Below are positions 1 through 11,031 of a DNA stretch of 41,702 nucleotides, piece after piece. Under the pieces are notes generated by a model. It searched no databases and was not told the origin of the DNA. It was given only the letters and a program-made list of their open reading frames with translations. A program made the translations under genes and the position numbers. Origin of the DNA: Octopus bimaculoides (taxonomy: Eukaryota); the NCBI RefSeq assembly GCF_001194135.2, contig NC_068982.1:134020879-134062580 (forward strand). The letters are read 5' to 3'. The first letter of the stretch is position 1, and each line of letters opens with the position of its first letter.

Positions 1-1110
1 TGTATTGAATCGGCCAACAAGGCGAATATTCTTCCTCTACATTTTATGAAAATTCAATACTAGCGGCGGAAAAGGAAAATTAAATAAAAAAAAAAAATCT
101 TATATCGGAAATTTAAAATGAATCCCATCAACATGACGACAGCGTTCTAAAGAACTCGGAAATAAACCGTCGTTTATGAAACCAATACGAATGGTGTATG
201 TGCGTGTGCGCTTGTAAGAAAAGACAGCAACAAATAAAGAAGTCGTTATTTATAAGTGACAAAAAGTATTCCGCTTTATAACACTGTCATTTGCAGTAAT
301 GGCGATTGAGATTTTGAATCAGTTGATAAATATTTTAATTTATATTTTTACTTTGTTTTCACAAACTCTTTATTCGTTTGTTTTTGTTGTTTTTGTATTC
401 GACTTCGTTTTCTCTCTTCTCGCTTTTCTGATTTCATTCTCTCCGTTCCCCCTTCTCCTCCCCCTCTCTCTCCCTCTTAACATCGATTCCAAGTCTTCTG
501 CAAGCTTTCACTTTATCAAGATTTTAGTGCGCACGCACACACTCATCCATGCATCCATATGCCAATATATCATTCACTGAATATTGCCTGAACGAACTTA
601 GTACTTATGCGTATCACCCAATATGCGTAGGTTCGTCCAGGCATTATTCGGTGAATAAAGCAATATATTAGCATACACACACGCACACACACATAAAGAA
701 AGAAAGAGCGACTGTGTGAGAACATATGTATATGGAACACCTAAGTTTAAACAAGAAGGAAACTGAAGGTAGAGTCTAAATTATGTTTCCTGAAGACGGC
801 ATCTCACATTTCGACACTCAAAGTTTCACGTCTCCGATTCTCACACAAAATATGAAGAATGAAACAAGAAATCCTTCATTTTCATTATATAGGAAGACTA
901 GGGCAATCAAAAATGCTTTGATTGAATGTAGAAGAATAGCTGATTAAATAAAGAAATAAAGAAAGGAATTATGAAGCCTAAAACAAGGGAAATATACTTA
1001 CAAAAGGATTTTTAAAAAAGCGAGCGAGGGATTTGGAAAGGTAAATAGCGATACTGACGATATAAACACAGGAAGATTTACAAACATACCCATACAATTT
1101 CACAAGCATG

Positions 1111-1324
1111 TTGTTCTTGTTGTTGTTGGCACTCTGTCGCTTACGACGTCGAGGGTTCCAGTTNNNNNNNNNNNNNNNNNNNNNNNNNNNNNNNNNNNNN
1201 NNNNNNNNNNNNNNNNNNNNNNNNNNNNNNNNNNNNNNNNNNNNNNNNNNNNNNNNNNNNNNNAACCGCGATCCTATGACCGCGTGTCCGCTGCCCTAAC
1301 CACTGGGCTATTGCACCTCCACTG
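1111..1324 (-). mobile_element. tRNA-derived SINE, family C (interrupted by N gap)
   Basis: Both ends are reverse complements of the ends of the copy at 31687-32065 (head tggcccagtggtta, tail ggaaccctcgacgtcgtaagcgac..gccaacaac). Flanking repeat cacaagcatg / cacaagtatg is a likely TSD. Confidence 0.85.
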
Positions 1325-1652
1325 CACAAGTATGCATGCACGCAAAACCTCTCGCATATGGAAGTGACATTTAGATGAATAGAGATTAATAAAGTGAAAT
1401 ACGCTGAGATGGTGTTGGATGATCATGATACCAACGTATAATATTAGATCAGCAGCGAACAGCTTCAGGATACGATTCTATTGGTCTGGTAACTATTAAA
1501 ATCACGCATGAATCAGATCTGATGATAGATATAATGGTAAACACATTCCGTGAATAAATTAAATATTCCCTACTCCACTAATAGATGTCCTCTGTGGTTG
1601 TACTTCTCTGAACATCCTGCATTTGTTTGTTTAAATTTGTTTTGTTAATTTT

Positions 1653-2036
1653 CAGGAGTGGCTGTGTGGTAAGTAGCTTGCTTACCAACCACATGGTTCC
1701 GGGTTCATTCCCACTGTGTGGTACTTTGGGCAAGTGTCTTCTACTATAGCTTCGGGCCGACTAAAGCCTTGTGAGTGAATTTGGTAGACGGAAACTGAAA
1801 GAAGCTTGTCGTATATATATATATATATATATGGGGGGGGGGTGAGTGTGTGTTCCTCCACCATCGCTTGACAACAGATGTTGGTGTGCTTACGTCCCCG
1901 TAACTTAGCGGTTCGGCAAAAGAGACCCGATAGAATAAGTACTAGGCTTACAAAGAATAAGTCCTGGGGTCGACCTGTTCGATTAAAGGCGGTGCCCAAG
2001 CATGGCCGCAGTCAAATGACTGAAAAGAATAAAAGA
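1653..2036 (+). mobile_element. tRNA-derived SINE, family B, near full length
   Basis: A-box-like tggctgtgtggtaag, B-box-like ggttcattccc, CORE-like ttgggcaagtgtcttctactatagc, internal (TA)n, 3' end ggcggtgcccaagcatggccgcagtc..aaaga. Homologous to 8501, 28998 and 39938 copies. Confidence 0.9.
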
Positions 2037-2117
2037 CCTAGGAAAATAAATTTAGTAGTCATGCTAACGTGCCGGACTAAATGCCATATAAGCAAGCTAA
2101 CGATTAAACGAAAGCAT

Positions 2118-2298
2118 CACGTGGTTACTCAACCTGTTAGAAACAACAGTCAAATCTTTCTGAAATGACACCCATTGTCCAGAGAATGAGAAGGGCATCT
2201 TTGAAAATGCGTTATTAGATACTCCTAAAAAGGCCACTACAGGAATGCTTTTTATCGTAGTTCGGTTAAATTATGGTTGACCTGGCGTTAAACAACAG
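2118..2298 (+). mobile_element. Dispersed repeat family D (unclassified, probably retroposed)
   Basis: Shares acctgttagaaa..caaatct and 3' ggttgacctgg..taaacaac motifs with copies at 5207, 7290, 17687, 30626, 37335 and 37503. Confidence 0.6.
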
Positions 2299-2968
2299 TT
2301 AATCATCAGCTAAAGGCCATAATTTAATTAGTTTTGTCGATCTGCTTGCTGTGTCAACTCTGTCAAGAGTCTACTGTCAACTCTGCATGAGTCAATTCTG
2401 TCATTTTTCTAGGGTCGATGAAATAAACGCTAGTGACATGTTGCTCTCTTCCAGAATTGATTTTATTTCATTTGCTTCAAGGCAACATGAAAAAAACCAA
2501 TTTCTTTTAAAGTTATATTTGCTGACTTGACAGAAACGTTAGAATATCAAACTTTTGACTCTCTCTCTCCTTTTCTCTCCCTTTCTCTCCTCCACAACTC
2601 TCTTTTTCCACCTTCCTTCCCCCCTCTCTTTAATGATGAGTCTTGTCTGAAACGTTAGATTTGTCTGTTCCTCACGGCAAATTATTCAATTCTTTTTCTT
2701 TTGTATTGTCTATACCAGTAACTCTTATCCTGGACAATAGTACCCCCTTGGGATCGTCGTGAGCTTACAAAGGAGGTGCTGGATGTTTAGACAGCCCATG
2801 ATTTTTATTTGAAATAAAATAGCTAAATCTGACACATATATTTCAGACACATTTTCAAGAAAAATAAATGTCGGGATTAGAATACGAGTAGGACATTGTT
2901 TTATCAGGGAGCAGAATCTTGGCTGATGATGCGCCAGGGTTTAATAAGATTTCATTATAGAAGTTCTT

Positions 2969-3155
2969 GGCGGCGAACTAACGCACGCCGGACAAAATGC
3001 TTAACGACATTTCTTCGGTTTTATATTTCTGAGTTTCAATGTCACCGAAGTGGACATTGCCTCTCGATCTTTTGGATGAGCACAGGGGTCAATGTAATCA
3101 ACTTGCTTTACCTCTAAAAATATGCTGACCTTGTGCCAAAGTTTTAAACCATTAT
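2969..3155 (+). mobile_element. Degenerate SINE family A
   Basis: ggcggcgaac..cacgccggacaaaatgctta..ctgagtttcaa..ggggtcaatgtaatc..ccttgtgccaaagttttaaacc aligns to family A with internal deletions. Confidence 0.7.
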
Positions 3156-3591
3156 CTAAATGCTTGTTTTCTTTTGTAATTTCCGTATAAATTTCACACG
3201 ATGGTACTTACTATTCCACACATAGAAAGAAGTACATACTGTGAGAACAGCATAAGAAAACATGGATAATAAACTACAGCGGAAAATAGACTTTCATTTG
3301 AAACATACAAAAGCGGCGTTTGTAGACCGCTGTCCAGCAAGAAGAAGAGCTGAAGAATAAAAGAACTACTAGTCTTATACTATTTGCCGAAGCAGAGCAG
3401 TAATGGTTTTCTCGGATCAGGCTGCCCACTTTATAATAATATCAAAGTTTAGAACTCTGAATGTAAATGTGTTCATGTTTCTAATTGCGTCAGCATCAAT
3501 GTTCACTTTCAGTCCTTCGGTGTTTTTAATACACTACCCGCAATGAATCCGTATTTAATTCCGTTTATATAAAACTAGCGATCTTTATAAT

Positions 3592-4001
3592 CTCTTCTAC
3601 TCTAGGCACAAGGCCTGAAATTAGATCGACCCCAGTACGCAATTGATACTTAATTTATCGACCCCGAAAGAATGAAAGGCAAAGTCAACTTCGGCGAAAT
3701 TTGAATTCAGAACGTAAAGACAAACGAAATACTGTTAAGCATTTCGCCCGGCGTGCTAACGTTTCTTATTTCTTTATTGCCTACAAGGAGCTAAACATAA
3801 AGGGGACAAACAAGGACAGACAAAGGGATTAAGTCGATTATAGCGACCCCCAGTGCGTAACTGGTACTTGATTTATCGACTACAAAAAGATGAAAGGGAA
3901 AGTCGACCTCGGCAGAATTTGAACTCAGAACGTAACGGCAGACGAAATACCGCTTAGCATTTCGTCCGGCGTGTTAACGTTTCTGCCAGTTCGCTGCCTT
4001 A
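3592..4001 (-). mobile_element. Dimeric SINE family A
   Basis: Two head-to-tail A units joined at 3765/3766. 15-bp TSD agcgat(c/t)tttataat at 3577-3591 and 4002-4016. B-box-like gagttcaaatt on the minus strand. Confidence 0.9.
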
Positions 4002-4811
4002 AGCGATTTTTATAATGCCATGCTACAAGAAATGTATTTTAAGACACTTACCTTGTCCCATCTTGGATTGATATTGTTTTTAGTCTGCCAATATGTAAAC
4101 TGGAATTCAAAATATAAAAAAAAAAAATCATAAAACATATTGAATGACAAATTTACGGAAACAAATAAAGGACATACAAGACAATGNNNNNNNNNNNNNN
4201 NNNNNNNNNNNNNNNNNNNNNNNNNNNNNNNNNNNNNNNNNNNNNNNNNNNNNNNNNNNNNNNNNNNNNNNNNNNNNNNNNNNNNNNNNNNNNNNNNNNN
4301 NNNNNNNNNNNNNNNNNNNNNNNNNNNNNNNNNNNNNNNNNNNNNNNNNNNNNNNNNNNNNNNNNNNNNNNNNNNNNNNNNNNNNNNNNNNNNNNNNNNN
4401 NNNNNNNNNNNNNNNNNNNNNNNNNNNNNNNNNNNNNNNNNNNNNNNNNNNNNNNNNNNNNNNNNNNNNNNNNNNNNNNNNNNNNNNNNNNNNNNNNNNN
4501 NNNNNNNNNNNNNNNNNNNNNNNNNNNNNNNNNNNNNNNNNNNNNNNNNNNNNNNNNNNNNNNNNNNNNNNNNNNNNNNNNNNNNNNNNNNNNNNNNNNN
4601 NNNNNNNNNNNNNNNNNNNNNNNNNNNNNNNNNNNNNNNNATATATATATATATATATATATATACAAGCGGACAAAAGATCCTCTAGGTTAATGGTTTT
4701 TAACCGGAGTCCATATGACCAGTGGGGGTCCATATAAGATTTTGTTGTTAAACTTTATGTGTAATAAAGTGCTTATACTGCTACAATTTTTTAAATACAT
4801 TTACTAATAAT

Positions 4812-5012
4812 GGTTTCAAAATTTGGTACAAGGCCAGCAGTTTCGAGGGATGGGGCAAGTCGATGACATCAACTGGTACTTACTTTATCGAACACGAAAG
4901 GATGAAAGGCAAAGTCGACCACGGGAGAATTTGAACCTAGAACGTAAAGACGTACGAAATTCCGCCAAGTATTTTGCCCGGCGTGTTAACGATTCTGTCA
5001 GCTCGCCGCCTT
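4812..5012 (-). mobile_element. SINE family A monomer inserted in hAT MITE
   Basis: Full A body. 16-bp TSD tacatttactaataat (4796-4811) / tacaattcctaataat (5020-5035). Confidence 0.85.
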
Positions 5013-5099
5013 TAGTATCTACAATTCCTAATAATATTGAATTACAAAATATAACAGGAATTTTTAGACATTGAATGGCTATGAGGGTCCCCCTCCAAG

Positions 5100-5178
5100 A
5101 AAAACAGGAATCAAAAGGGTTAAAAAAAAACAGGAATCAAAAGGGTTAAAAAAAAAAACAGGAATCAAAGGGGTTTAA
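5100..5178. repeat. Three tandem copies of ~28-30 bp aaaacaggaatcaaaagggttaaaa inside the MITE
   Basis: Direct reading. The unit corresponds to aaataggaatcaaa, present once in the 28857 MITE copy. Confidence 0.85.
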
Positions 5179-5206
5179 AAAACGGTGGAAAACCACCGCT
5201 CTAAGT

Positions 5207-5372
5207 AGTCACTGTATATGCTAGTAATAACAATCAAACCTTATTTTCTTCATAAAGAAAACACGTTGTTTAACATAGTTCTAGATATACTTTGCCTGAA
5301 AAATAAAATGGTTCGAATGCCTTTGATTACAGGCCTGTTCGACCAGGGCTAATCTGAGAGCTAAACAACTAC
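5207..5372 (+). mobile_element. Dispersed repeat family D
   Basis: tgctagtaataac..gaatgcctttgattacaggcctgttcgaccagggctaatctgagagctaaacaac. Confidence 0.65.
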
Positions 5373-6427
5373 TAAATCATACGTCTTTTTAAGCTGAACT
5401 GGCTGTTTGAATGTATTGTAGCTCGATGCTTCACTGTTCCGGCAACGTCGACTTTATTCTCTCTATGGGATTAACATCAATTAAAAGCAATGAAATCCTG
5501 AGGTCAACTCCATCAAATATATTTTTGAAACCTCCGTAATAAAGTTCAATGTGGTTCAAAAATTTATCCACCTGATTAAGGGAGTTTGTGGTTGAAAAGT
5601 TTAGAGGACATACAAGCTATTGTATGTAACCTGTAACGAGAACCAGAATCTTGGCGCTGAATGATAAAGCTAACTATGATGACTGGACGAAAGGAAGACT
5701 CTGGTTTAAGGCTGAACACTGGAAATGTTTCCATTTAACCATTTTAAAAATCATAGAACTTAGCATTATAATCTAAGAAAACGCGTGTTAATTCTACAAT
5801 ACTCTCATTCTTTACAGCAATGAATTGTGTGTTCCTAAACAAGGCATTTATTGCTAGATGCACTTGTTAGGAACCACACACCTGTGACTCAACAAACGAA
5901 AAGTAACATTGAATAATATAATCCTAAATGCATTATGCACAAATAAAAGATGAGATGGAGACCTTGTTCATTATAGGCTTGCTAGTTTAGAGTTGATTTG
6001 ATACTCAACAACAAATCATATAAAATTATACTAATAAATTTACTACCCTAACTACTGTCTATGTTATCTTCCATTCTTCAGAATATTGTTTCCATAAATT
6101 AATATGGTGATGTGTATTGTGTGTTGCTGCAAGGAGTCTTTAGGTTTCTTAATTTTTTTTGCATTTATTCGCTGAGTGTCTAACTCATTCACAAAATCCA
6201 ACCATGTTATTTCACTTCTGTTACTTTCATTTCTCAACTATTATACCGTGGTTTTATACTCATACATTCATTGTACACACACATACACACAGTTCCAGTT
6301 ACTTATTACTATATTTCAAACATTGTAAGTAAAAAGCGACGATCCGTTTGGAGAAAGAAGACTTCAATCTAAGACAGACGATAACTATTTACCATAAGCT
6401 TAAAAGATAATAAACTATATGTTGAAA

Positions 6428-6568
6428 CAGTGGCGTGGCGTAGGGTATGCGGACTGCGCAGGGCGGCAACTTTATATACGTATCGAAGGTATGATGTTAC
6501 ATTCAAGGATGTGGGAGTGACCAATTTGACTACCGCACAGGGCAGCTAAAACCCACACTACTCCATTG
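6428..6568. mobile_element. Probable short hAT-like MITE
   Basis: GC-rich 140-bp island with imperfect TIRs cagtggcgtggcg / cactactccattg and an internal repeated cgcagggcggc / cacagggcagc motif. TSD only 5/8. Confidence 0.45.
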
Positions 6569-7289
6569 TAGTAAAACTGATTCGTTGTCTCATGGATGAC
6601 GCTTATTCTATGGCTTAATCTTTCAAGATTGTTATGCTATTACATGTTTAATGTCAAAATAGTTTCTTTCTCTCTCAGTTTTTCTTTTAGATATTTTTCC
6701 CTTTTTTCCCCCCAAATCTCTATCATGCAACATGCTTTTCCAAGCATAAACTCACAATTAACTCATTTAATATGTAAGGCAATACATTTAGTTGATCAGA
6801 TTTGCAAAAAGTATTCTGAATAGTTTCCAACCACAACAAAGCTTCATTATTATAGAATTACCTGTCCCAATTTTTGTATCGATCATGTTTCCTAGGTAAC
6901 AGAATTTAATTACTAACTCGCGGTAGTTCTGCATTAAGACTATATATCACGCCAGTGATTTTGAAACAGGTTTTTGTGGTCCATTTATTAGTAATACACC
7001 TGCGTCATTGCCAATGAATTCATACGCATTTTTTGTTGAGCAACACAAGACTGTTCGTTTGATTTTGACGTCCTATGAACGCTGTTAACCTCACAACTTG
7101 ATTTCAAATTCCGTTTGCTGATCTGAAATGTATGCAACCCTTCTATGTTTTGATAACCGCATCATTTGCTGCATTATGGAATTCACTGTCATGAGAGTCT
7201 TTAAAACAAATATGGAATCAATAAGGAAACCAATTTCGGAAAGGAGTCTTAATGAATAGCAACACCCTACTTAACCAAATGCTAGTAAG

Positions 7290-7515
7290 CAGTCGTTCGA
7301 ACTGCTAGACATAGCTGCAAAAATCTTCTTTAAAACAGAGCCAATTGTCTTAAAAGAGGAAAATGTTGTTTTGAATGTATACTACTCGATTAAAAAACTG
7401 GATTGTCACTTTGGAACGCTTTTGACTGCTTTTGACTGCTAAATATCTGCTTTTGACTGCTAAATATCTGCTAAATATCTGCTAAATCAGGGCTAAACTA
7501 AGCAAAACAGCAATA
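7290..7515 (+). mobile_element. Dispersed repeat family D with internal slippage repeats
   Basis: actgctagacatagc..caaaaatct..tcagggctaaac. Mixed 10-11 bp tandem units tttgactgct / aaatatctgct at 7419-7487. Confidence 0.6.
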
Positions 7516-7943
7516 AATTAAAACGTCATAATTCCCACAAGTCATAAGGTGTCGGCAGAACCACTGACGTCTTAGTCTTCAGGTTGTGAAACTGGCAAGT
7601 CAGTTTTTCATGTTATGTAGCTAGAGTGAGAGTTGAACCCAGTACAGCAAGGTAATGTTACACTCATAAATTTTAGTGTTGGCGCTGTTTGAAGCGGGGA
7701 TTTCTGCCCAACCTATTTTACAGTGGTGACCTTTCTCCAGCCTGTTAACGTTCTAGTGGGTCAAAAATAGGCTTATTACAGTCATCTTAGAATACATAAA
7801 TACAATGTAACCAGATTCTTGACACCAAGAAATGCCGAAGATAAAAGACACGCCAAATCAACAGGAGAAGAGCGGGGAAAAAGCGAGTTTCTGGCGCCTT
7901 CAAACAACCAGTGCTCCGTGTAGACTGTATTCGTTAGCCTTGA

Positions 7944-7985
7944 ATGGCAACCGGCCTAGGAGGAGGAGCACTCTGAGTTCAAAAC
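7944..7985 (+). mobile_element. Possible RTE-LINE 5' UTR motif fragment
   Basis: ggcaaccggcctaggaggaggagcactctgagttcaaa resembles the GGCAACCAGTCTAGGAGAAGGAAAACTCTGAATTCAAA motif I recall from RTE 5' regions. Short and not searched. Confidence 0.3.
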
Positions 7986-8237
7986 TAGGGAGCAAGGGAC
8001 ATGTCGCCTTGGTGGACTACCTTGATAGAGATGGTGTATCGATAAAAATACAGATTGGTAGTAGCCTAAAAACACACCTCATTTGTGAGTGAAAATGCCA
8101 AGCAAAATAGATGACGATAACAGTGTGAATGGGACTGGAACCAATGGTGAAGGTGTAGCACACGGCAGGTGACCCCACTGTGTAACAGAGTGGGCCCGGT
8201 CGTAATCCAAAACAAGTAAACATGATGGTTATGGAAT

Positions 8238-8500
8238 GTTATTACCGGAGCACCCTAGTGGCACTTGGAGATACCAGCACTCAACTACCAACATAGCTGA
8301 AAAAGATAGGTGCAAGTGTGAAAGTAGAACACCTTCAAAAATCAGCATTGCTTGGAACTGCAAGAATTCTTCGCAGGGTTCTTGAAGGGTGTCCAGTAAA
8401 ACAAATGTCACCTTAGTCTGCTGGCTGTGGACAGCTGACAATTTCCATCATACCCAGCAAAATAAGCTGTGAATTTTAATACAACAACAACAACAATAAT
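8238..8500 (+). mobile_element. 3' end of an R4/Dong-like (REL endonuclease) non-LTR retrotransposon
   Basis: Translates VITGA-(insertion)-LGDTSTQLPT*LKKIGASVKVEHLQKSALLGTARILRRVLE, matching the PVVIGALG...QKSALLGTARILRRVL C-terminus typical of R4/Dong/Rex6. Followed by a 3' UTR and (CAA)n(TAA) tail. Confidence 0.75.
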
Positions 8501-8736
8501 TACTCTTTACTCTTTTACTCGTTTTAATCATTTGACTGCAGCCATGCTGGAGCACCGCCTTTAGTCGAGCAAATCGACCCCAGGACTTATTTTTTGTAAG
8601 CCTAGTACTTTTTCTATCAGACTACTTTGCCGAACCGCTAAGTTACGGGGACGTAAACACACCAGCATCGGTTGTCAAGCGATGTTGGGGGACAAACACA
8701 GACACACAAACATATACACACATATACATACATACA

Positions 8737-8772
<36 letters not shown>

Positions 8773-8866
8773 TATATATATCCGTCTACCAAATCCACTC
8801 ACAAGGCTTTAGTCGACCCGAGGCTATAGTAGAAGACACTTACCCAAGATGCCACTCCTGCGCCTA
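8501..8866 (-). mobile_element. SINE family B with internal deletions
   Basis: Aligns to 39938-40348 but lacks 60 nt of the head and about 19 nt next to the (TA)n core. Confidence 0.9.
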
Positions 8867-8892
8867 TAATAATATTAATAATAATAATAATC

Positions 8893-9246
8893 CCTATAGT
8901 AGGCACAAGGCCTGAAATTGTGGGGGAGGGGACTCGAATATTTGTACTCCAACGTCACGTTGATGACGTGCGCTGGTGTCTCACTCAATAACAACAACAT
9001 TATGTTATTCGAATTTTGGCACAAAGCCAGAAATTTTAGTTGAGTTTATCGACCCTGAAAGGATGAAAGGCAAAGCTGATCTCGGTGTTATTTCAGATCA
9101 GAGCGTTAAGAGTCAGAAGAAATGCTGTAAAGCAATTTTCTCAACGTTCTAACGATTCTACCGATCCACCAAAGCGAGCAAACTGGAGGGAAAAATTTAG
9201 TCGATCATGTCAGTTTCCAGTACTTGATTGATACCGTATTTTATCG
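8893..9246 (-). mobile_element. Three degenerate SINE A fragments
   Basis: taggcacaaggcctgaaatt; ttggcacaaagccag..tttatcgaccctgaaaggatgaaaggcaaag; ccagtacttgattgatacc..ttttatcga. Confidence 0.65.
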
Positions 9247-9619
9247 ATTAATTGCTTGTAGGGAGACTGTATTTCGTTATGCAACCATGGTAGTATATTA
9301 TGATTGCATAATAAAATACGGTGTCTCTACAAGCAATTAATATGTACGTACCAGTTTCCAGGAATGTGATCAATATATAAAATTGGTGTATCTAATTGTG
9401 TCACACCGTTATATTTGACAACTATTTAAGCGATGTGTTCGTAGATGGTCAATGGTTTGGATGTGGTGCTGAAGAAGGGCAAAAAAGCTCCCATTACCTA
9501 GTTTTCTATCTTCGATCGCATTGTTTACATAGATGTATTCGCATACGAAACGTCTGAACTTCCCATGCTGGCTCTAGGTTCAACACAAAATCTCCAGGAA
9601 TAACTTTGAAAAGCGCATT

Positions 9620-9715
9620 TATATCGATCCCGCATGGATGAAAGGGAAAGTTAGCTTCGGTGAGATTTAAACTCAGAACGTAAATATTATAAAGCAACTC
9701 TAACACTGTCCTGAG
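9620..9715 (-). mobile_element. SINE A fragment
   Basis: tatatcgatccc..ggatgaaagggaaagttagcttcggtgagatttaaactcagaacgtaa. Confidence 0.7.
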
Positions 9716-10555
9716 TTATCTGTTTGCTGCTTTCATGGTATTTATGTGCGTATGGGAATTATTGGTCCACACTGAATTTCCTCATACTCTGCATAACTAC
9801 CTAACGACTGCATCAATAAAGACAAAGAATATTCTTTGTCACAAGACATTCTGCTTACACGTACGCATACACATACACACACACATTCACCTTCACACAC
9901 GTACACTTACCTTCACACACGTTCATATTTGTATGAATGAATGTACGTACGGTTGTAGTATATATGTGTGCGTGTGTGCGTATGAAATGTTTTCCAAATC
10001 TGAACAACAGTGAAACAAATTGTAATATTGTATGCTTCTCAACTCAACACACAGTAATATATATATATATACATACATACATACACACATACATATAAAA
10101 CTTGTGTGTGTGTGTATGTTGTGTGCATTATTATATATCAAAGCAACGTGCACTTGACGCAAACAATAATCTTTGTCTTTATTTATGCAGTTGTATTAGT
10201 ATTACAAACACAATTTTTATAACCGTGTTTTCTACCCTTTAGAATTTATTCCAAGATAACAATGACACACAACAGATAAATAGAGTTGAAAGGTTAACTT
10301 TGCAGTGTAATCATAATACAAGCTATAAATATATCACTAACACAATAAACGTTATATTGTAAATATAAACAAAATAAAAAAAACTTTTATGGGCAAAGAT
10401 ATTCATAGATTCATATACAGTATCGATGGCGGACTAGTGTTTCAATGTTAAATTTCCTGGACAACAGCAACTGCCCTAAATCATGGATTCTAAAATTACA
10501 TTTTTGTAACGCTCATAGTTCAGTTATAATAATGTTTTAGCAATCAATAGTGCTA

Positions 10556-10693
10556 TGCATAGTTAAGATGTTGAGCTCATGGTCGTTAGGTCGTAGACCG
10601 GGCGGTGCGTTCTGTCCTTGAGCAAGACACTTCATTTCGCTGTTCAAGTTTGCTCAGCTAAAAATGAGTACCAGCCGAGTGCTGGTACAGCCT
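10556..10693 (+). mobile_element. Degenerate tRNA/CORE-like SINE, family E
   Basis: gaccgggcggtgcgttctgtccttgagcaagacacttcatttcgc..ctcagctaaaaatgagtaccag. Homologous to 26493-26653 and 20018-20085. Confidence 0.65.
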
Positions 10694-10823
10694 TCTCTTC
10701 TTCCAATTATCACATCCTCAGTATTCGACTGGATCAGAAGTAGACAGGCCGAGAAGATATCTATGTTTGATCGGTGCAAAATATGCACAGCTGAAAGATA
10801 ATTAACGAAAGTAGGTTATATTC

Positions 10824-10883
10824 CTTTATAAGCAACGACTATGCTTTATAAGCGACGACTATGTTTTATAAGCAACGACTATG
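10824..10883. repeat. 20-bp tandem repeat x3 (ctttataagcaacgactatg)
   Basis: Direct reading, one substitution in each of units 2 and 3. Confidence 0.95.
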
Positions 10884-10999
10884 ATGTCAGAACGTCGTAA
10901 CGAATTGGTAACACTGGCAAATGGTGCATACTCAAACTACATACTTATTTTGTGTCGTGTGACATGTAAGCATAAATCAAGATTCAGTATAATTGAACT

Positions 11000-11031
11000 A
11001 TCTTGATTTTCGATCATCTTGATTTTCGATC
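11000..11031. repeat. 16-bp perfect tandem duplication (atcttgattttcgatc)
   Basis: Direct reading. Confidence 0.95.

Larger units (their letters stand above)
4691..5198. mobile_element. hAT (Charlie-like) MITE with nested SINE A
   Basis: Degenerate TIRs taatggtttttaac / ggtggaaaaccaccg, 8-bp TSD ctctaggt / ctctaagt. Body is homologous to 28857-29508. Confidence 0.8.

Noticed and set aside
280-330. tgtcatttgcagtaatggcgattg as a conserved homeodomain-type enhancer
   Set aside because: Short motifs only; conservation cannot be assessed from one sequence.
299-580. 93-aa hydrophobic ORF resembling a membrane protein
   Set aside because: It derives from T-rich and CT-rich low-complexity DNA; no family motif. 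The same applies to 34505-34802 and 38004-38201.
3262-3360. 33-aa ORF MDNKLQRK..RRAEE and a minus-strand 41-nt exon candidate
   Set aside because: Short, unrecognised, asymmetric exon; expected by chance.
5100-5180. aagggTTAA repeats as piggyBac ends
   Set aside because: The unit is an internal segment of the hAT MITE amplified by slippage.
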